64,000 bases of DNA, taken from contig OZ024741.1 in NCBI GenBank assembly GCA_964016885.1, forward strand, positions 241,676,001 through 241,740,000, written 5' to 3'. Positions 10,981 through 24,150 of this stretch are shown piece by piece. This DNA is from Eledone cirrhosa (lineage: Eukaryota). Under the pieces are notes generated by a model. That model saw only the letters and a list, made by a program, of their open reading frames with translations, ran no database searches and was not told the DNA's origin. A program made the position numbers and the translations under genes. Numbering within the stretch: the stretch's first letter is position 1; each line of letters opens with the position of its first letter.

Positions 10981-11394
10981 TGGGATCATACCATAAAAAA
11001 TGAAGATACTCCATTTTTACTTTGGTTTTCTACTGCTGGATGCCCTTCCTAACATCGACCACCTTAGAGTATATAATGAGAGCTTTTTATGTGGCACTAG
11101 CAGTACCACTTTACAAGGTGGGCCAGTGTGTATTAAAATTTCAGAGAATAAGATATTAACTGGCTACTAATTTGAACACAGCATTCTCCAGCTTGCTAGC
11201 AGATGAGAAAAATGAAGCCATGGATCCAACATGATATTAAATATGCATTAACACTTTTCATACTAAAACACCCAAAATAAGCTAAGATTCTATGAAACAA
11301 AAACCCTCATTCATTCTAAAGAGTCCTTATTAAATTAAACTCTTCTAGCATAATTTTATGTAAGAACCCTTTCAGTTATGCTACAAATACCACC

Positions 11395-11612
11395 TTAACT
11401 CTTTAGCATTTAAACCAGCCATAACCAGCCAGAATTCTCTCACCTTTTTCTGTTCAATCCAACCACTCATATTGATGTTAAGGTATTGTTCTCAAAATAA
11501 TAACATCAAAATCTCATGGATTCGATATTATGTGAGATAATTATGTGAGATAAAGCCTTTACTGTGAAAATGCAACTGTATATGTAGAGTAATGTAAATG
11601 CTAAAGGGTTAA
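11395..11612. mobile_element. piggyBac-type MITE with TTAA ends and CCCTTTAGCATTTA TIR (copies at 18138-18361, 26831-27060, 57274-57454, 58893-59129)
   Basis: TTAAC(C/T)CTTTAGCATTTAAA...TAAATGCTAAAGGGTTAA with shared internal sequence. This copy is nested in a second TTAA element (about 11249-11696, related to 5311-5542). Confidence 0.75.
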
Positions 11613-11973
11613 TGAAATAGTAATTTTAGTAAATTCTTTATTAATTCATTGAAATAGAGAGTATTTCATTAGAAATACGGTAACAAAAGGGTTAATCATT
11701 GAGCAGTCACACTTTACAAATATAGAAACACTGCAACACAAATCTAGAAAATTAGACATGAAGAAATCTATGTGATCAGTGATCACTGATCACTGAATTT
11801 GTCAGAATCAAAAGCCAAATATCCCTCAAATCATATCCAACTGTCTTTAAAACATGTATATTTGTTGGAAATCTCTGAAAAAAGGAGATGGTCATGTTAG
11901 AATGTCCCTGATAAAGGCTGCTTAATTAGAGTTGACCTTAGAATAAACATCGATAACTAGACATTTACGTTTA

Positions 11974-12366
11974 TACGAAGGTAATCCCAAAAGTAAGGTC
12001 TCCAAAGCGATGGGGATGCAGAGAACCTGTTCGTACGGCTGTTGGCAACACTGTTGTGATTGGTGCTTCCTTCACTCCCAAACAAGCATGCGTGCGCTTC
12101 ACTGGGATACTCAATCTTGGCTTGGCAGCTGTTGAGAATGGAGCTCCCGTTGAACGCTACCGCCAAGTGTGAATTTCGTGCAGTTATTATATAGAGGGCA
12201 ATCCCAAAAGTAGGGTCTCCTTCCGAGGAAAACATGCGTAAAGATTGGCGGATCACTCTGGATGCTCTCTGCATTTTGGTTCCTGGGGTTTCTCGAAGCA
12301 CCATCCACAGGATTTTAACGGAAAAGTTGCAATATCGGAAGGAGACCTTACTTTTGGGATTGCCCT

Positions 12367-12370
<4 letters not shown>
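11974..12370 (+). mobile_element. Mariner deletion derivative with three TIRs
   Basis: TIR TACGAAGGTAATCCCAAAAGTAAGGTCTCC at 11974, its inverse at 12341-12370, and a third TIR at 12192-12220. Transposase remnants MELPLNATAKCEFRAVI and DWRITLD...SRSTIHRILTEKLQYRK. Confidence 0.85.
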
Positions 12371-12405
<35 letters not shown>

Positions 12406-12415
12406 GTACATATAT

Positions 12416-12459
<44 letters not shown>

Positions 12460-12515
12460 CCATATGTGGTTGAAGGCTGAGAGAAAGGAGTACTCAATAG
12501 CAAAGTAGAGTTTTG

Positions 12516-12683
12516 ATATTCATTTATATTAAGATTAAAAAGTGAGTCTTGTTACTCTGGAGTTTCACCTCTTTATCACAGGGTCAGCAGACAATAACAA
12601 GTTCTTGTCTGATGACCCTGTGATAAACAGGTGAAACTCCAGAGTAACAAGACTCACTTTTTAGCCTTAATATAAATGAATAT
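12516..12683. mobile_element. About 168-bp palindrome with a hammerhead in each arm (near-intact on + at 12603-12652)
   Basis: + arm reads TCTTGT-CTGATGA-C-CCTGT-GATAA-ACAGG-T-GAAA-CTC-CA-GAG-TA-ACAAGA (6-bp stem I). The minus arm is the same but with CTGCTGA. Confidence 0.8.
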
Positions 12684-13019
12684 ATATATATGCACGCATA
12701 CACACACACATATATCTTTATTTATATTGTCATCTTCATAGCGTAATGTTCATTTTCCCTGTCAGCAAGGACTGGCTATGTCATCATGGACCAGTCAGTG
12801 CTCAAGCAGAGTCTCCGACCTCCAAGTGGACCGGGGACCCAACATACAATGTCATGCTCTACCAAGTGCATTTTATCATGGCACCAACACTAGGGAATTT
12901 GTCACATTTTAATCATAGCTGAAAAAATGAGTCTCCCCAACCCTTTGTTTGGCATGTGTCTATGGCTTGATTCCTTCCTATCACCAATGACTATATATAT
13001 GACATTTGTACATTATTCT

Positions 13020-13098
13020 ATGTACTATACATGCACCTTTGATGAGTTGTAGTGCACCTGAGCACTGTACACAAAAAGTTCATTATTTTCATTATTAT
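13020..13098 (+). mobile_element. Short retroelement 3'-end fragment (copies at about 4148-4205 and 16901-16985)
   Basis: TGTACTATACATGCACCTTTGATGAGTTGTAGTGCACCTGAGCACTGTACACAA followed by an (ATT)n-like tail. Confidence 0.55.
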
Positions 13099-13699
13099 CA
13101 TATATGTGCATGTGCATGTGTGTATGTGTGCGAGTGTGTCTATGTCTGCGTTCACATTCATGCCTGTCTGTATCTATATTCTGTAACTTAGCAGTTTGAC
13201 AAAAAGAAATCGTTAAAATAAATGGGGTGGGTGGGTTGATATGGTCGACTAAATCAAGGGCGATGCTTTAGCTTGGCCACACAGTCTACTGATTGAAAAA
13301 AAGCAAAAAGTAAGAATAAAATAAAACAAACAAACAAACAAACGAACCAAACAACAAATAAATAAACAAACAAACAAATAAATAAATAAATAAATAAATA
13401 AATACATAGAACACAGAGAAGATTCTAGTGTTGAAGTGGTAAAAGCTAAAATCCGAGGAAACTGGGGAAGTTCTGTTGTATTGGCAGCCCCTTTATCAAA
13501 ATGGAGAATTTATGGAGTTGTTGACCTGGCTTTCCTCAATAAACATATGTTCTAACTTCCTCACCTTCTCCAACTATTACCTGTCTGTTCTACCAAAAAT
13601 GTCTACCATCTCTGCTTCTTCCACGTCCTGTTATAAATCAAAACTACATTCTACACCATCTTAATTACATTGTCAATTAGTTGATTTTGTAAATAACAC

Positions 13700-13966
13700 A
13701 TCTCTCACTCCCTCTCACTCTCTCTCACTCACTCCCTCTCACTCACTCTCACTCACTCTCTCCTACCCTCTCTCACTCTCTCTCACTCACTCTCTCTCTC
13801 TCTCTCACTCACTCTCTCTCACTCACTCTCTCTCCCCCTCTCTCTCTCTCACTCTTTCTCACTCACTCTCACTCCCTCTCTCACTCACTCTCACTCCCTC
13901 TCTCTCTCACTCCCCCCTCTCTCTTTGTATGGCTCTCTATAATTCCCTCTTTGTTTATCAGACACA

Positions 13967-13997
<31 letters not shown>

Positions 13998-14990
13998 TCC
14001 CTCTCTCTATCTATCTATCTATCTATTTCTGTCTGCATGGCTATATATATATACACTGTATATATATCCTTCTCTGTATATCAGCCTTACTCTCTCTCCC
14101 CCTCTCTCTGTTTTTCTGCATTCCTCTATATATCTCCCTGTCTGTATATTAGTCTCACCTCTCTCTCTCTCTTCTATTCTCACTTAATCCCAGACTTCCC
14201 CTCTCTCCAGTCAATTACCTTTACCTTTCACACAATCAATGATGGAGAATTGGTGAGTTATTCCCCACTCCACTGCCAACACACACACACACCAACATGC
14301 ATATACATACATGCATACAGACATACATACATGCATACATACATGCATACATACATACATACATACATACATACATACACACATACACCAACATGCATAT
14401 ACATACATGCATACAGACATACATACATGCATACATGCATACATATATACATACACACACACACCAACATGCATATACATACATGCATACAGACATACAT
14501 ACATGCATACATACATGCATACATACATACATACACACACACCAACATGCATATGCATACATGCATACAGACATACATACATGCATACATACATACATAC
14601 ACAATACACCAACACACATGTACATACATACACACATACACCAAATACACACTCACAAACACCAACACACATGTACATACATACATGCATACGTACATAC
14701 ATGCATACATACATAGATACATACACACATACATACATACATGCATGCATACGTACGTACGTACATACATACATACATACATACATACACACACCAAATA
14801 CACACTCACAGACACCAACATACATGTACATACATACAAGCATACACATATACACCAAACACACACTCACATATATACACGAAACACTACACAAGCACAT
14901 GTACACATATACATATACTCACATCCACACCATCTATTTATATACATTTCCATTAATACACATTAACAGACATTCACCAAATACATGAAC
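13700..14990. repeat. CT-rich then CATA/CA-rich complex microsatellite
   Basis: Read directly. Accounts for the low-complexity ORFs at 13929-14988. Confidence 0.9.
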
Positions 14991-14995
14991 ACATA

Positions 14996-15890
14996 TACAG
15001 GGTGTGGACGATATTTGTTCGCAATTTTCAACTGCTAATTTTATGCAAATTTTTTTACTTCCATTGTTACTCTTGTCTTCATAAAAACAGTGACTATATT
15101 TCCATTATTTATTTTCAGAATAATTGATTAGGAATAATTTTGAACCTCCAAATTTGTGGAAGAGACACAGAGTTCTTCTTGGAATCTGTGCTGGGAGGAC
15201 AAATAAGACCAGAAGATCAGCTCCCAAAACAACAGGTGACTCGCTGTCTCATTCAAAGACGTGCCCAGAGTCATGCAGACAAAGTTTCCAGCGACAACAT
15301 TGGTCTTAGGTGTTGTCAGCAGTCAAGGTGACGTCATGCCACCTCACTTCTTCCCTGAGGGCCTCAAGCTGAACACCGATGGCTACATCCACATTCTGAG
15401 TGAGGTAGTAAAGCCCTGGATCGACCAGGTAGCTGCAGGTAGGCTGTACGTGTGCCAGCAAGACTCAACGTCCTGCCATACCAGCCGAAAGACCCAATCC
15501 TGGCTGTCAGAGAACTTCGTTGACCACACTTCACCTGACATCTGGCCTCCCAGCTCGCCTGACTGCAACCCCCTCGACTTCTTTGTGTGGGGCGCAGTGG
15601 AATGAGACACCAACAGATCTAGTTGCAATATGAAAGACGATCTGAAGGCCAGGATCACAAGTGCCTTTAGGGGCCTAAGTTGGGGGACAGTGACGAAGGC
15701 CTGTAGCCAGTTCTGAGGCTGCCTTGAGGCCGTCATCAAAGCCATTGGCGGGTTTATCGAGTGAGATCGAAAGAACAAGTCATGAAGACAAACTGACCCA
15801 AGTTTGATAAATATATCTTAAAAAATAAAACTACTGTGTTATTTTTTCCTAGACAGTAATCTTGCGAACAAATATTGTCCGCACCTTGTA
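14996..15890 (+). mobile_element. Internally deleted Tc1/mariner transposon of the maT (DD37D) family
   Basis: TIRs TACAGGGTGTGGACGATATTTGTTCGCAA / TTGCGAACAAATATTGTCCGCACCTTGTA with TA ends. ORF 15261-15605 has 37 residues between the D of QQD and the D of WPPSSPDCNPLD. Confidence 0.9.
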
Positions 15891-17856
15891 TATTCATATG
15901 TATGTGCTAAACTTTGTCACACACACATATACATTCAGTCACATTCACCTAAGATGTATACACACATACACACTCACCAAATACATGTACACATAAATAT
16001 TCACATGCATACAGCACACACACATACAGACTCACATGCATTCATCAAATATATGCATGCATACATATACACACATACACATTCACATGCATTCACTAAA
16101 CATGCATACACACACATACATATTCACTAACATTTGTCAAACATACACACACATGCATACAGATACATATATAGTCACTCGCATTTACCAAACATATATA
16201 TACACACACGCATACATATTCACTTATATTTGCCAAACACATATGCACATATGTATACACATACATACACACATGTACATACACATTCACACACATGCAC
16301 AGATACAGAAAACAGATACACATACATACACATGCACTCACATTCACTAAACACACACATACACAGACATTCCAACTAACTCACACATTACTTTCATACA
16401 TACATATTCACTCATATTCAACAAACATATACACACATACATATACTCACTTGCACATTCACACACGTTCACCAAACACATACATATACACACATATTCA
16501 AACTAACATTAATATCACTCATAATTTCTTCTCATCTCTGATAAATTCAGGTGACCAAGACTTCAATCAAATGAAACCTTGATATCAAGGTACAGTGGTG
16601 TATTGCTGGGGTGGGGTAGGGGTGCAGCTGCACCTCTAAATAAATTCTTGTCAGAAAATTTAATCATTTTTGTCTGAAAATTAGTAAATTTTCTTGGAAA
16701 ATTATGAAAATATAAAATATAAAATATAAAAAAAAATTTAGGGGCAATACACTTATGTCCAGGTACTTAATCCTAAGGTGACAAATTGGCAGAACCATTG
16801 GGAACAAAACTACACCTGATGTACCCCTTCCATACACATGCACACATGTGTATATCATGACTCATGCACTGTTCATTTTCCTGACGTTTGTACATTACCC
16901 TATGTACTATACATACACTTTTTGATGAGTTGTAGTGCACCTGAGCACTGTACACAATATTTCATTATTATTATTATTATTATTAGATTAAAAATGCATC
17001 TATATTTGATCCAGCTTCCTGCACTCTGAGTTCAAATCCCAGCAAGTTCAATTTTGCCTGTCATCCTTTTGAGGTAAATAATTAAAGCACCAGTACCAGT
17101 CCAGTACTGTGTTGATTCTCTATCTCTTTCTCTCTTGAAGAAATTGAATGTGTTCTGACCTGAAATTGATTGTGTTCTGATTGTGTTCTGAGATGGGGCT
17201 CTGCCAGGTTTAAAGATACTAAAGACAGGCTGTGTGTCAGGATGGAGCTTTTATAACTCCATCAGGAGTTAAGGACCCTTTATCTACATCTCTATATATT
17301 CCTGCTTTGCTCACATAAAATAAACATGCATTAGATCATACTTCTAACACAGAACATAAAGAACAATTTTATTCTCTTAATGGTTTTACTCTTTTGACTG
17401 GGGCCATGTTGGGGCACCCCATTAAAGGAATTATTTAATTATATCAACCTTAGTACTTAAACCATTATTATTTAAATATAGAAATTATTTTATCAATTTC
17501 AATTTGTTGGATCTCTAAGTTACAAGACACAAACAGCACTGGTTGTTAAGCAGTGTTAACATAAGTATAAACACACTCACACATACATTCAAACACACAG
17601 ACAGAAACACACACACATGATGGCCCTCTGCACAGTTTCCAACTAACAAATTTCACTTATGCGAGAATGGTCATAGAAAAGGACCTCTGCCTAAAATTCT
17701 ATGCTGTTGAACTGAATTTAAAACCATGTGGTTGCAAAGCAAACTTCTTAACCACACAGCCACCACTTTTAGTTTGTTGTACAAATTATACAAAATCTGC
17801 ATCTATGTCAATTGGTGAATGCTTTTGGTTATAGAGAAAAATGTATTTTATACATA

Positions 17857-18042
17857 ATTGTTTCTACTTTAGGCACAAGGCCAGCAATTACCCAGTGCAT
17901 TACTGGTACTTTATTTTATCGACCCCGTAAGGATGAAAGGCAAAGTCAACCTCGGCGGGATTTGAACTCAGATCGTAAAGGGACGTAACTATGCTGGAAA
18001 GCATGGCGTCCGACCTTCTACCGATACTGCCAATCCACCGCC
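17857..18042 (-). mobile_element. tRNA-derived SINE (copies or fragments at about 5060-5280, 7515-7570, 23405-23520, 46760-46852, 55120-55270, 57765-57975)
   Basis: Minus strand starts GGCGGTGGATTGGCAGTATCGG (A box), has GAGTTCAAATCC (B box), then CTTTCATCCTTACGGGGTCGATAAA. Confidence 0.8.
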
Positions 18043-19162
18043 TTTTATACATAATGTAGTGTGCATACATATTTTATTAGCAGTTGAAGATTCTTGAATC
18101 ATAACTTTGAGACTCATGTTTCTAATTGTTTAAATGTTTAACCCTTTAGCGTTTAAACCGGCCATATCTGGCCAGAATTCTATCACCTCTTTCTGTTCAA
18201 ATTAGCTGTAACTGCCCACTCATACTGATGTTAAGGTAGTGTTTTCAAAATAAATAATATCAAATTCTCAGAGATAATCATGTGAGGTAAAGCCTTTACC
18301 ATGAAAATATAATAGTAAATATAATAATATATATAGAGTAATGTAAATGTTAAAGGGTTAAAAACACATTGATATATGATTGACTAACAGTACATAATGC
18401 AGTGCATTTAACTAAATTGCCCCCCCCCCTCTTTAAAATCCCTACCGTAATGGTTCCTGAAGGTGCAATCTCTGCATCTCAGAGAAATATATATATATAT
18501 ATAACATTCTATTACTGCATTTTGCAATTTTGAACAAAACATCTGCCTTACTGAATCCTTGAACACCCTTCCATCACTATTTACTGAGAAATTTCCAACA
18601 GTAAAGTTGTCAGCAAATTTTATTTCGTACATAATGGATTCATCATATTTTGAAAGATGCTCTTATGTTTCAGAAACATTCATATATTTACCAACTTAAA
18701 CTTCATCAATAAGTGTTGCCTCCCTCTGATTATGATTTTCTTTATTTCATCTATATACTACTAAAACTCTATGATTGCTTGCTTGCTTGTCTGTAATGTA
18801 ATACAACCAAAAGGGCGCATAATGGGAAAATACTTTGAAAGGAAGTTGCCCCTGAAATGGGAATATAAATGGAATAAAACGAGTTTCGCGTAAATCGAAG
18901 CACGGGTTCCCGAGATATGGGGCTTTCTGGGTACCTTCATAAACAGAGAGAGAGAAGGATAGAGAGGAAGAGATAGTGGTTGTGAGAGAATAGATTGAAA
19001 GAGAGACATAGAGAGAGGGAGAGGAGACAGAAGGAGAATGGCAGAGAGAGAGAGAGAGAGAGAGACAGAGAGCTGGTGGTGTTGTTGTGTATAAATATAT
19101 GAGTGTGTGTGTGTATATATATGTGTGTTTGTATATATGTGTCTATGACCAGTGTATATAGC

Positions 19163-19194
<32 letters not shown>

Positions 19195-20319
19195 GTACAC
19201 ACACACACACACACACATTTATATATATATACATACACACACGTATATATATGGGCCTTCCAGTTTCATTTCCCATTATATACATGTCTGTGTATATTTT
19301 AATTACTTAAAAATTATTTTTAAGTGAACATGATTAAAAAAAAATATTTTGAAGTGACCATGACCCGTTAGGTCACAGGTTGTCTTGTAGTACTTAAAAG
19401 GAGAAAATAGCATGCATTTCTGCAGATAATAATAGATTGATGAAGTTATGTTACATTTTCCAATGGATTTTTTGTTAACCAATCAAATCTTAGTTTACTG
19501 TTAACAAATCATACTTTGATGTGTTTTTCAAATATTTTAACCAATATATATATATATATGAGAGTATTGAAGTTTGCTTGAAGCATTGTGGAATAATAAA
19601 ATACAAACAGCGGACAACAGAGGCCACGTACCATTCCTCTCCGACAGATAACTTCCCCCCCCCCCCTCGGAAAACCCCCCAGTTGATGGATGCAAATCCG
19701 AAATATAGGGACAATTAAATCTCTCCCAATGTAACTCTATCTCGTGTTATTATTTTTATTTTTTACGCTCTTTCCTATGTTCCTCTACACACTATACATC
19801 TCATTCTACACTCCCTTACATCTCTCTCTTCACCACCGGATTTTGTTACCCGGAGAATTACCCATCTGCATTGTTGAGGCTTCCAAAACGACCCCAAAAA
19901 AAATATATATATTCAAAGAGGAAGTGTTGTATAACCTTTCCATGGTGTTGTTAGATCTTTCATTACATTTATTAAAGTGTGATGCGCATTTCGCAATTGA
20001 TCATCTCAAGGCTTAATATGTATCGATCTGGCCAGACTCTGGAATCAAAAGCTCATCGGACTTCTGTTATGGTAAACTATACATCGAGTGCTCACTCTGG
20101 TGAACCTACAGTAACTGGACATTACAATCACTATATATATAAATACATGCTTATATATATACAGATGCACTTTGATAAATAGAGATGTGCAAAGTAAGGA
20201 CATGTCTGTCTGGTTACTTTAAAAAAATGTGAGCTGGTAAGTTTCTGTTGTCACCTAGTTTCTGATGTGAAGCCTGCTGCGCAGCAACGACATCATGGAT
20301 TAGCACTAAATAACAACGA

Positions 20320-21246
20320 ACATACAAATAAAGAAACACAGACTTTATTTTCACAAGTTAAAAAGATGGACAATGATATGTAATTTTTAAACATTTTGAC
20401 AAGTTTTTCAATCGACATGAGACTGTATAATGTACAGCTCTGAGCTTAAACAAGTTCCTTCACTGACACAGGACTGTATAGTTTACAGTTCTTTGCTTAA
20501 ACATGTTCTTTTAACTGACATGGGACTGTATGTTATAAAGTATAGTTCTAAGCTTAGACAAGTTCTTCCATTGACATGGGACTTATTTTACAGGGTTTGT
20601 CCTAAGCTTAAGCAAGTTCTTCCACTGATATGAGACAATATGTAACAAGGTTCAATCTGGTTATTCCACTGACCAGGAATAATAGGTAATTAGATACAGT
20701 TCCAAGCTTTGACAAGATTTTTCCAGTAATGTGGGGCTGTATGTCCAATTGTATGTGTGTATGTTCCAATATGCCTGTATGTATGTCACAATGTTCAGTC
20801 TTAAGTTAAGACAATGTATGACAGCCTTCTACAACCTTACAATCGAATGTCAGCTAAGACAAGTCTTTCAACTTGACAATGAAATATCAACTTCACTGTG
20901 AGTCTTTTGTTTGAAAATAGCATTTCATATATTATTACTGCTTGTGTTGCTGTAATAGCTTGTGTGTGTACATATGTGTGTGTCTGTATGTGTGGGCTTG
21001 GGGTTCTGAGTATGTATGTATATACGGGTTTGGGCTGGTGTCACACAGCAATAATTTCTTATATTCAACTCTGTCCACAAGATCTGGAATTGTTTAGTTT
21101 ACATCTGGTTGGTATGGTTTTTATGCTGCTGTTGTTGTTGTTGTTGCTATAGCTGTATACGTTTTTGTTGTTGATGTTGCTCATACAGTTGCTGAATTCT
21201 CTCTCTAGGTGGCAGCACAATTAACATTTCAGGAATGAACAAAATC
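20320..21246 (-). other. Candidate terminal exon of the protocadherin (coding DFVHS* at 21229-21246, then about 0.9 kb of 3' UTR)
   Basis: Strong acceptor TTTTGTTTACTTACAG|GAT in phase 0. No recognisable TE in the interval. AATAAA at 20344-20349 followed by a GU-rich tract. Confidence 0.35.
20413..20880. repeat. Degenerate tandem repeat, about 52-56 bp period
   Basis: GACATGGGACTGTAT...TACAGTTCTAAGCTTAAACAAGTTCTTCCACT recurs at about 20413, 20465, 20517 and 20573, with decayed copies beyond. Confidence 0.65.
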
Positions 21247-22103
21247 CTGTAAGTAAACAAAATAATTATTTCAGTTGTATGTGTAACAAGAAACCTTATT
21301 ATGTAAATAAACATGAACACATGTGCGCGCACACATACAAATACAGGCATAAACACACACCAATGGCAACTTCTTTTTCCATCTGTAAAGGTGTTCCCTC
21401 TATATTATAAGCTATTTTATAGAATCTCTGCACATAACCACCCCACTCTCAGCATAAGGGGCAAAAGATACAACCAGTGAGAAAACCGTTACAAATGGAA
21501 ACTTAGTAAATTAGACGTGATAAAATCCTTTGAAAAGCTGTTTTAAGCAAAACAGGCAAGTATAAAAGTACAAAAAAATATTCTTTTTGATGTGAAACAT
21601 TTTTTTTTTATTGCATATTATACATGTAACATGTATATATCATGAATAAAGACACATTAGGTGCTTTTTTCAAATCTTTTCAAATTATGATAAAAGGTAT
21701 AAATTTATAATGCGACAATTTAATCCTTTCAATACCAAACTACCTGAAACTGCCTCAAGTTTTATGATACAAGATTGCTTGTTTTAAAATGTTTATATCA
21801 TTATCATCATTATCATCATCACTGTTTAATGTCCATTTTTCCACACTAGCTTGGGTTAGATGCTAGCATGGTTTTATATATATATCATCATCATTATCAT
21901 TATCATATTCCTGGAACATTGGGATGCCACTCTAGATACTTTTGCTGTCAGTTGTTGCCATTAGTCACTATTCACCATCATGCATACAAGGGTCACTGTG
22001 TTGTGACTAGTCCAGTCTTTGATGTTGTCAGACCAGGTTTATCTCTGTCTGCTTTTTCTTCACCCTCCCTTAACTATGGCCTGAGGGATGGTTTTGGACA
22101 AGA

Positions 22104-22134
<31 letters not shown>

Positions 22135-22236
22135 TATAGTGGTAGAACACTGGAAGGTAATATCCGTAGTGGTAGAGCACTCAGTCCATGGGACGAGTTA
22201 GGTAGAAGTGGTTACACAACAGTTAGTTCACCATAC

Positions 22237-22274
22237 CGAGAACAATTGTTTCACCTTAGTGGATCCTCAGCTCG
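22237..22274 (-). ncRNA. Minimal type I hammerhead
   Basis: Minus strand reads CGAG-CTGAGGA-TCCACTAAGGT-GAAA-CAATTG-TT-CTCG: 4-bp stem I, palindromic ACAATTGT stem III, weak stem II. Confidence 0.6.
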
Positions 22275-22311
22275 TAATCGGTTTACGAATTCTATGTATA
22301 TATATATATAT

Positions 22312-22492
22312 ATATCACATAAGAAATGGAGAATCAGTGGTGCGACGAATTAGAATTTATTAGACACAATTATAAATTCTAATTTGTCGCACCACTGATT
22401 CCCCATTTCTTATGTGATATTATACTCTGCTCTGTAAGAGCATCGAGTGCTCAAACCACCTACCACATACGGATGCTTTAAGCATCCCACAC

Positions 22493-22495
<3 letters not shown>
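22312..22495. mobile_element. Fold-back element: palindrome with about 50-bp arms (22312-22420) plus conserved tail; homologue at about 59453-59673
   Basis: ATATCACATAAGAAATGGAGAATCAGTGGTGCGAC... is mirrored. The tail ATCGAGTGCTCA...CCTACC...CGGA..CTTTAAGCA.CC.ACACC is shared with 59620-59673. Confidence 0.75.
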
Positions 22496-22538
<43 letters not shown>

Positions 22539-24036
22539 TTCTCAATTTGGAGTGGTGGGTATAAGTTAGACTGACTAAAATGGTTGGGGAACTCTATGAG
22601 TAAAACTAACTTATTTTAGTCGGTCTAGCTTATATCCCGCCAAATTGAAATTTAATATGTTTAATTATTTCTCTAACCTTGATAATTTATCTGTATATTT
22701 TATCATTTAATTGAGATGTCTAAGTATTAGAGACAAATATCTTTTTAATTTATATATATGTATAGTGTATGTGATTCAATGAATTACTGGTGGTGGTACC
22801 AGTCTGAGCACTCAATGTATAGGCAGAGTGTATATAATAAGAAAAACAATAAAGTTTTGTTTACATATATTTAGGTTTTGATTGTGTATTGATCTGTTAC
22901 ACACATTTTGCAGCTGATTGACTCCCATGGAAGTTATAGACCTGTCTCCAGTATTGATCTGCTTAAACTGGTGATTCAACAAAAATAAAGTGTTTGTGGT
23001 GATCAGTGAAATGCTGGGTATATATAAACATCGGCCCTATTTTTTGGCACGAGTGCATGCAAATGTAAGTGTTTGAGTGTGCTGGCATGCCTACTTGTAT
23101 ATGTATATATATATATATATATATCTACATGTGTATGTCTATGTATTTATGCCCATGTATTCAATTGTGAGTGTGTATATATATGTACGTGTGCGTGTGT
23201 ATGTATGGGTATGGGTGTGTGAGGACCAGAAGGGTCAACCAGGTGTCCACAATCAGGTGTTGCCAGACAGACAAAACAATGTTCAAAGCAGGACATGGGT
23301 CAATGAACCCCTCAGCAGGGTGGTGCAGGGTGGTGTTTGGTACTCTGTCATATTGGTATCAGATTACAATTGCCTGTCAGGTGGCAACAACAACAGCTGT
23401 AATAATTGTTTCTACTTTTGGCACAAGGCCAGCAATTACCCAGTACATTACTCGTACTTTATTTTATCAACCTCGTAAGGATGAAAGGCAAAGTTAACCT
23501 GGGCAGGATTTGAACTCAGAATGGCTGTAATAATGATAACATCATGTACGATATCAACAGCAGCATCAACAACAACAGCAGCTGTGACAACTTCCACACC
23601 ACCAAAGAAATAGACTGAGTCATATTGTCAATAGTAGTAGTAAAAGGTTAAGACTCCCTTCAGTCACAAATCACAAATGACCCATGGGATTTCCACCTAG
23701 AAAGTTTTCCGAGATGCAAGTCCAGGCAAGATTGTTTGTGGAAGACCAGCAATCGCTCATGTATACCAGTCTCCCCTCTCCACTCCACTGATGTTGTCCA
23801 AGGGAAAGGCAATGGCCAATACAGCTTGGCACCAGTGATGTTGTGACTCATTTCTACATTTGAGTGAACTGGAGCAACGTGAAATAAAGTGTCTTGCTCA
23901 AGGACTCAATACATCACTCAGTCTGAGAATCAAACTCACAGCCTCACGGTTGCAAGCCCAATGCTCTAACCACTAAGCCATATGCCTTCACATAGTAGTA
24001 GTAGTGGTAGTAGCAGTGGTGGTGATGGTGATGGTG

Positions 24037-24091
<55 letters not shown>

Positions 24092-24150
24092 CAGCAGCAG
24101 CAGCAGCAACAACATTAATTATAATACTAATAAGGACAATAATCAGTACT

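Noticed and set aside
13929-14988. Overlapping HTYI/MYVC ORFs
   Set aside because: Artefacts of the CATA microsatellite.
17940-18042. tRNA gene
   Set aside because: The A and B boxes belong to a multi-copy SINE head; no complete cloverleaf seen.
19680-19712. GGAT-GCAA-ATCC-GAAA hairpin resembling a hammerhead stem II
   Set aside because: The CUGANGA box is incomplete and there is no stem I; at most a relic.
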